Source: Salpingoeca rosetta
Taxonomy: Eukaryota; Protista; Choanoflagellata
DNA: 64,000 nt
Reading direction: 5' to 3'
Assembly (NCBI GenBank): GCA_033442325.1
Contig: JAWQFM010000005.1
Coordinates: 1,009,058 to 1,073,057 of the forward strand
A program made the position numbers and the translations under genes. The notes under the pieces were generated by a model that made no database searches, had not been told where the DNA came from, and worked only from the letters and a program-made list of their open reading frames with translations. How positions within the stretch are numbered: the first letter of the stretch is position 1; the number at the start of each line of letters is the position of its first letter. This document shows, in pieces, positions 58,440 through 64,000 of this stretch.

Positions 58440-59924
58440 TCATTCCCGCTTGGACAAGAGTTCCGAGATGAGGTTGTTTGTGCGGACGGACGAGTTGCGA
58501 CGCAGGCCAGCCTCACCCAGCTCCGTATCGTCGCCAACGCGGAGGTAGCCACCATCGTCTTCATCCACGCCAGGGCCATCATCATCAAAGTCGTCATCCA
58601 TGAACACAAGATCACCAGTGCCATCAAGCTCATTAAGGGCAGTCACGTCGTCCACATTCGTTTCCGCCTGTCCATTCCACTGCTCGTCTCCATCCGCGTC
58701 TGTCTCCACATCGTCGGGCAGCTGTGTCTTGGAGAGGGTGGCCATGGGTCGTGCCTCCATCAGCGTGTCCTCGATGGCCTCTGCGTGCTTGTCCTCGGCA
58801 AGGTTGTCCACAGAGTACCACCGGTTCTTGGCAAAGCCAAACGGACTGACCGGGTTCTTCTTCAGGTCAAGCATGCGCTGCAAGTCAGCAGCACGGCGAC
58901 GGCGACGCAGCACAATCACATACGCCAATAGCACAATCAGCACCAGACCAGCAGCACCAGCAGAGGCGCCAATGGTGGCGGGATCTGCAGTGCCCGTCGA
59001 TGATTCACGCAAGGGCGCAGCCGTCGTGCGCGTGCGGTTGGAAGGGAGTGTCGTGTTAGCCTGGTTCAGCTTCACAACAGTCAACTCCACGTGCTCGCTG
59101 TCTGTAGCGCCAAGGGGATCCGTGGCCACGACATCAAACGACAACACAGGGGTGGACGCAGCGTCCAGGGTTCGGGTCAGGACAACACGGTTGAACTCCT
59201 CCTTCACAAGAGCAGCAGATGGACCCGTGAAGGACACCGTCGATGTCTGTTTAACACAGAGAGATCAGAGGAAGAAGGGGGTGAGTTCACATGCACATTG
59301 TGTGAGTTAAGAGAAGAAACAGAGCACAGAGTGTTGTGCACCTCAAATGGAAAGTGACTGCCACAGCAAACACGCAATGGGGGCCTAACCCATCATCATC
59401 CGTCGTTCTCGTCACAACTACGAGCAAGGGGCCGTTCAAGCTCACCTGAGTCAAGTCTTCATCGTCGACAACAATCTCATACAGAGCCGTGCCTGCAGGC
59501 AAACCGCTGGAAATTTCATCATCCTTGCCGGTACGGCCGCTGACTGTGCGCAGAAGCTGCAGCGAGGGCGGGTCGTTGCTGTCGAGGACGCGAATGACCA
59601 CTTCCCGCTCTGAGGAGAGCGGTGGCGTTCCGTTGTCCTCCACGCGAATCTTCACCGTGTAGCTCGACGACTCCTCAAAGTTGAGCACCTGCGCCGTCAC
59701 AATCCGGTCCCCATTTGCAAGCGCAAACCGACCCCCTGCATGTGTGTGTGTGTGTGTGTGTTGTGTGTGTGTGTGTGTGTGTGCGCGTGTGTGTGTGCGT
59801 GTGCGTGTATGTGTTGTGTGTGTGTGTGCGTCATAGTGAGCGAGCGAATCAGCATCATGGAAACTACTACAGCGTGTAGGCCAGCATGATTGCACTGGTA
59901 TCTCATCGGCAAACGTGTGAATGT

Positions 59925-59983
<59 letters not shown>

Positions 59984-62900
59984 ACCCCCCCCCCCACACA
60001 CACACACACATACACGTGATAGCAACTTCTTGCAAGCGAGTGGATGTGTTGCAGCCAACCCCCAACCCAACAAGTCCCAAACGTATGCAGCCCCGCACCC
60101 CCAACAAAACAACACGACCAAACACACACACACACACATGCACACCTGCGTCGTCGATGATGGAGAAGGTGTACTGCTCGTGCGATTGCTCTGTGGCCGC
60201 AGACAGCTTCACCTGCGCCACCTCCGTGCCTACAGGCTCGTTCTCGCCAACAACAGGACGCAGCGAATCAATCGCAGGCGCAATGTTCGCCGTCGTCGTC
60301 GTGGTGGTTGTTGTCGTCGTGGTTGTCGTGGTTGTTCCAGGCGTGGTAGTGGTTGTGGTCGTAGTCGTCGTTGTCGTTGTTGTCGTTGTTGTCGTGGTCG
60401 TCGTGGTCGTCGTTGTCGTGCTGGTGGTCGTCGTCGTCGTTGCAGCCACCGTGTTGTTTCCGCTTGTTGTGGTGGTGGTGGTTGTGGTCGTGGTCGTGGT
60501 TGTTGTTGTGGTCGTGGTTGTGGTTGTCGTGGTTGTGGTTGTCGTGAGCGCCAGGTTCGTCAGCTCAATGCTCACCTCTTCGGACGTCTTTGACGGCGAC
60601 CCGTCGTCCTTCACCACAAGCGTCACCCGGAGCGTGGCCGGCAGCGCATCGCTGATGTTCTTGGCCAGCACCGCCCGCAGACCCTCAAACGCAATCGCGC
60701 CGTCGCTCCGGTCGTCCCGCACAACAACGCGGTGCGTCTGCCCGCGGTCCTCGTCCTCAACGCGCACCACACCCACCTGCGTGCCCGCAGCCAGCCCTTC
60801 CACAAGCCCGCCACACACGGCAGCCTCGCACTCGAAGCTCGCGCTCGGCCTCTCGTTCACGTCCGTCACATGCAGCTCAAGCCTGCGCTGCACGGACAAG
60901 GGCGGCACGCCGCTGTCTGTCGACGTCACCGTCACATTGAACCCAGGCGTCTCCTCAAAGTCAATTGGCGTCGAGCCGGAAACAAGCAGGCTCCCCAGCA
61001 CCGCCAGCCGCCCGCCAAAGTCGTCCGACAGCGTGTACGTGAACGACTGGCCCGCGTCCGGGTCGCTCGTCGACAGCCGCGCAAACTGCGCGCCGTACCC
61101 CGTGCCCTCAGACACAGACAGCGAGCCCGTCACGCCAATCGCCGTCGGCGCCTCGTTCACGTCCGCCACCAGCAGCACAAACGTCGCGTCCGTGTAGTAG
61201 GGCGGCACGTAGTCGTCCGTTGCCCGCACCGTCACCGTGATGGCAGGCATCGCCTCGTGATCAACCGCCCTCTTCAGCACCAGCTCCCCGCTCGCGCCGT
61301 CAAGCTCAACATACTCGCCCCCGCCCACCAGCGACAGCGTCACCGTCTGCGTCGGGTCCGTGTCCCGCGCGCGCACCTGCCCGAGCACGGTGTTGGGCGG
61401 CGTGGTCTCCGGGAAGCTGGCGTTGCCCGTGAAGCGGACATCAAACGGCGGGTCGTTGAGGCGCCGGCAGTACGGCACCCCGTTGAAGCCCGAAAACTCG
61501 TGGCTGCGCCGACACGTGGCCGCGGCGCCAGACTGGAAGATGTAGTCGCCCTCGCACGAGTAGCGACAGCTGCCCGGGCCGTACGGGCACCTGAGCTTCG
61601 GCAGCACGCACGGCTCCCCGTAGATGGAGTTCTCCGTGATCACCTGGCACGCCGTGCGGCAGTAGTCCCGGCGCATCGACTGCGCGTCCGCATACAGCCG
61701 CACCCCGCCAAACCGCACAAACATGTTGCCAAACCGCACAAGCTGCGTCAGCCGCTTCACCAGGGCGTCTGTCGACACGTCGCCTTCCTCCGCAGGGTCG
61801 CCGATGCTGTGCGACACCTCTCCGCTCTCCAGCACCTCAAACTGCGTCAGGCGGTCCTCCTCCACGCCGAGCCGCGTGCTGATCTCAACCAGCGCCGCAA
61901 TCCGGAAGCTCGCCGTCGCGTTGGTCTCAACCACCTCCTGCGTGTAGTTCTCGCTGGCAAACGTGTACCGCAGGATCAGCTCGGAGCTCGCCCCAGCAAC
62001 AACCAGCACCTGGCTCGAGTTGGACGTCGCGTTGTGCATGTGGTTCTGCGCAACGCAGTAGTACGAGCCGTCGTCAGCGGGCTCAATGTCCGTGAGCTGC
62101 AGCCGCGCGCCCTCGCCTACCAGCTCGTCGTCGTCTTGCATCGTCTCCCGGTACCAGTACACGCTCGGCTCAGGCACGCCCGTCGCCGCACACCGCAGCT
62201 CCAGCGACCGCCCGGGGAACGTCGTCGCCAGCGGCAGCGGATGCTCCGTAATCACAGGCACCTCGCCGCACCACACGTCCATCATCATGGTGGCGTTTAC
62301 CCAGTCCACAATCTCCGTCACCTGCTGGTACGCCTCGGACAGCGTCAGGTTGCCGGACGCAAGCTGCTTGCTGTAGTTGCTCATGCGCTCAATCTGCCCG
62401 CTCAGCTCCGCAAACTCCGGCAGCGACACGTCGTTCCACAGGTCCGTCAGGTGGTCCATCGACGCAATGATGCAATCAGGGACATCCCCGCACCCAAACT
62501 CGTCAAGCTGGCCCGTGCCGTTGAGCGTGGCCTGCAGCGCGTTGAGCATGTCGGAGTAGTCGCCGGCTTCCGTGGCGTTTTGCTCCTGCTTCCAGTTCTC
62601 CATCGCGTCCTCCTCCGACTGCATGCCGGACTGCACAGACTCGTCGTCCGTTGCGTTTGCCGCCAGCGCGCTCATGTCCACAGAGTCCACGTAGCCGAGC
62701 ACGAGCCCGTTCACTGCCGGGTCGTCTGCAAACGCCGTCCGGTTCACCTCCGGGATGTTCTTCTGCGGGTCCCGCGCCTCCATCAGCTGCGTCTCAGACT
62801 CGTTGGTCATGCGCTTGAACCGCTCCGCCTCCATGTACCGGTCCTCAACCTCGTCCGTAAACGTCAGCAAAAAGTCCAGCGCGTCCATGAACACGTTGCA

Positions 62901-64000
62901 CTTGTGCTGGTACAGCATGGCCGGGTCCACCCGCTCGATGGCCGCCTCCTGCGTGATGTTGACGCCCGCGGTGCCGTTGACGCTGCCGCCGCCATCGCCA
63001 CCATCGCCCATCGTGCTGTTGTCGCCCGTCTCGCGCCGGTGCCGCTCCAGCTCCGACAGCGCGTGCTCCATGTCAATTGCATAGTGGTCGCGGTGGCCCG
63101 CGCTCTTGCCCTCCTGGTAGAACACGTGGTGCAGGTCGAGGCCAAGGTGGTGCTGCGCAATGTGGGCCACGGTGACAACGTCCACCCCGAGCCCGCGCGC
63201 ATACCGCCGCCGGCGGAAGAAGCTGCTGAAGAACCGGTCAAACAGGTCGCTCGCAACGCGCGCAATCCTGGCCAAGCGAAAAGCAAAACAGGGAGGGGAG
63301 CAGCCGAGAAGGAGGAAAAGGGAGAGGGGATGGGATGGCAATGGTGGGCAGTGGAAACAGAGTGCAATGGGTGGCAGTAAGTGGTGAGCATGGGTGGACG
63401 TGGCAAGCGTGTGGTGGAGACACAAGAACAAAAGTAGGCAAACGTGGTTGACCTCTTGTCGAATCGAACATGAAAGGGCCGAAGCACGTGTGCAGCACAA
63501 CACGGCCTCCAGGCAATTGTGAGCATCATCTCATGTGAACGTACGATCTGAAGATGTCGGCGAAGTTGATGTAAACGCTGAGCCGCACGTGAGCGCTGCG
63601 GAACAGGACCAGCTCCATGCTGGCGCTGAACTCACGTGGAGTGAAGCCCTTGACCACAAGCTCAAACTCCATGTGGGGAATGGACAGGATGTACGTGATG
63701 CTGTTGGCCACCAGCGTCGCAGCAAGTTCAAGCGCGCCTCTCACTGCTTCCTTGACAATGTCCACAGCAACCTGAACACATGCAGCCAAACAGGACGTGT
63801 TGAGGCAATGCAGTCAGATGGTTCACGTCGATTCGTGTCAGAGTTCATCGTTGGCACAACGTGGCTTGTGACGCAGTTTCACGTCAACAAATGGCACACA
63901 GACACACGACAGAGGAAGCTGTCACTGGGGTCTGGGGCTGACGACAAACAGGAGTAGCGCACTGTGCTGCACACCTTTGCGGCGTCGATGGCGACTTCTA
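58440..64000 (-). CDS. Giant cadherin B, paralogue of cadherin A (3' part; 5' end lies beyond the window)
   Basis: Near-identical to cadherin A from the exon ending INFADIFR through [11 protein letters not shown]. It then has its own last cadherin repeats, TM TIGASAGAAGLVLIVLLAYVIVL and tail ending ISELLSKRE*. Confidence 0.88.
59552..63570 (-). repeat. Right arm of ~4 kb near-identical inverted repeat (cadherin core)
   Basis: Matches 20127-24130. Identity stops abruptly after gcagcttct (PPSLQLL). Confidence 0.95.

Overview
Eukaryotic, intron-rich, microsatellite-saturated (CA/TG, AAC) DNA whose style and gene content strongly resemble a choanoflagellate genome such as Salpingoeca rosetta (inference). 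I reconstruct 13 spliced protein-coding genes by eye: the 3' part of AK7, Rab1, a cyanobacterial/plant-type HAD hydrolase, a small Cys-rich membrane protein, giant cadherin A (+), an uncharacterised SAM methyltransferase, arsenite methyltransferase, a low-complexity protein with an internal RASSF-type SARAH domain, ADAT1, a DNRLRE-like/mucin/SEA receptor with a Tyr-rich tail, RBM25, a sialin-like SLC17 transporter, and the 3' part of cadherin B (-). The main structure is that cadherins A and B face each other and share a near-identical ~4 kb core, introns included, while their N-terminal flanks and their TM/cytoplasmic tails are diverged. The core therefore forms an inverted repeat around a ~35 kb spacer. 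A crossover within it would invert the spacer and swap tails between the two genes in frame. Cadherin A also looks like a proprotein, with two spacer peptides each bracketed by paired furin-type sites around a long hydrophobic helix. No RNA genes, CRISPR arrays or transposase ORFs were recognised. Exon boundaries were read manually and are approximate where noted.
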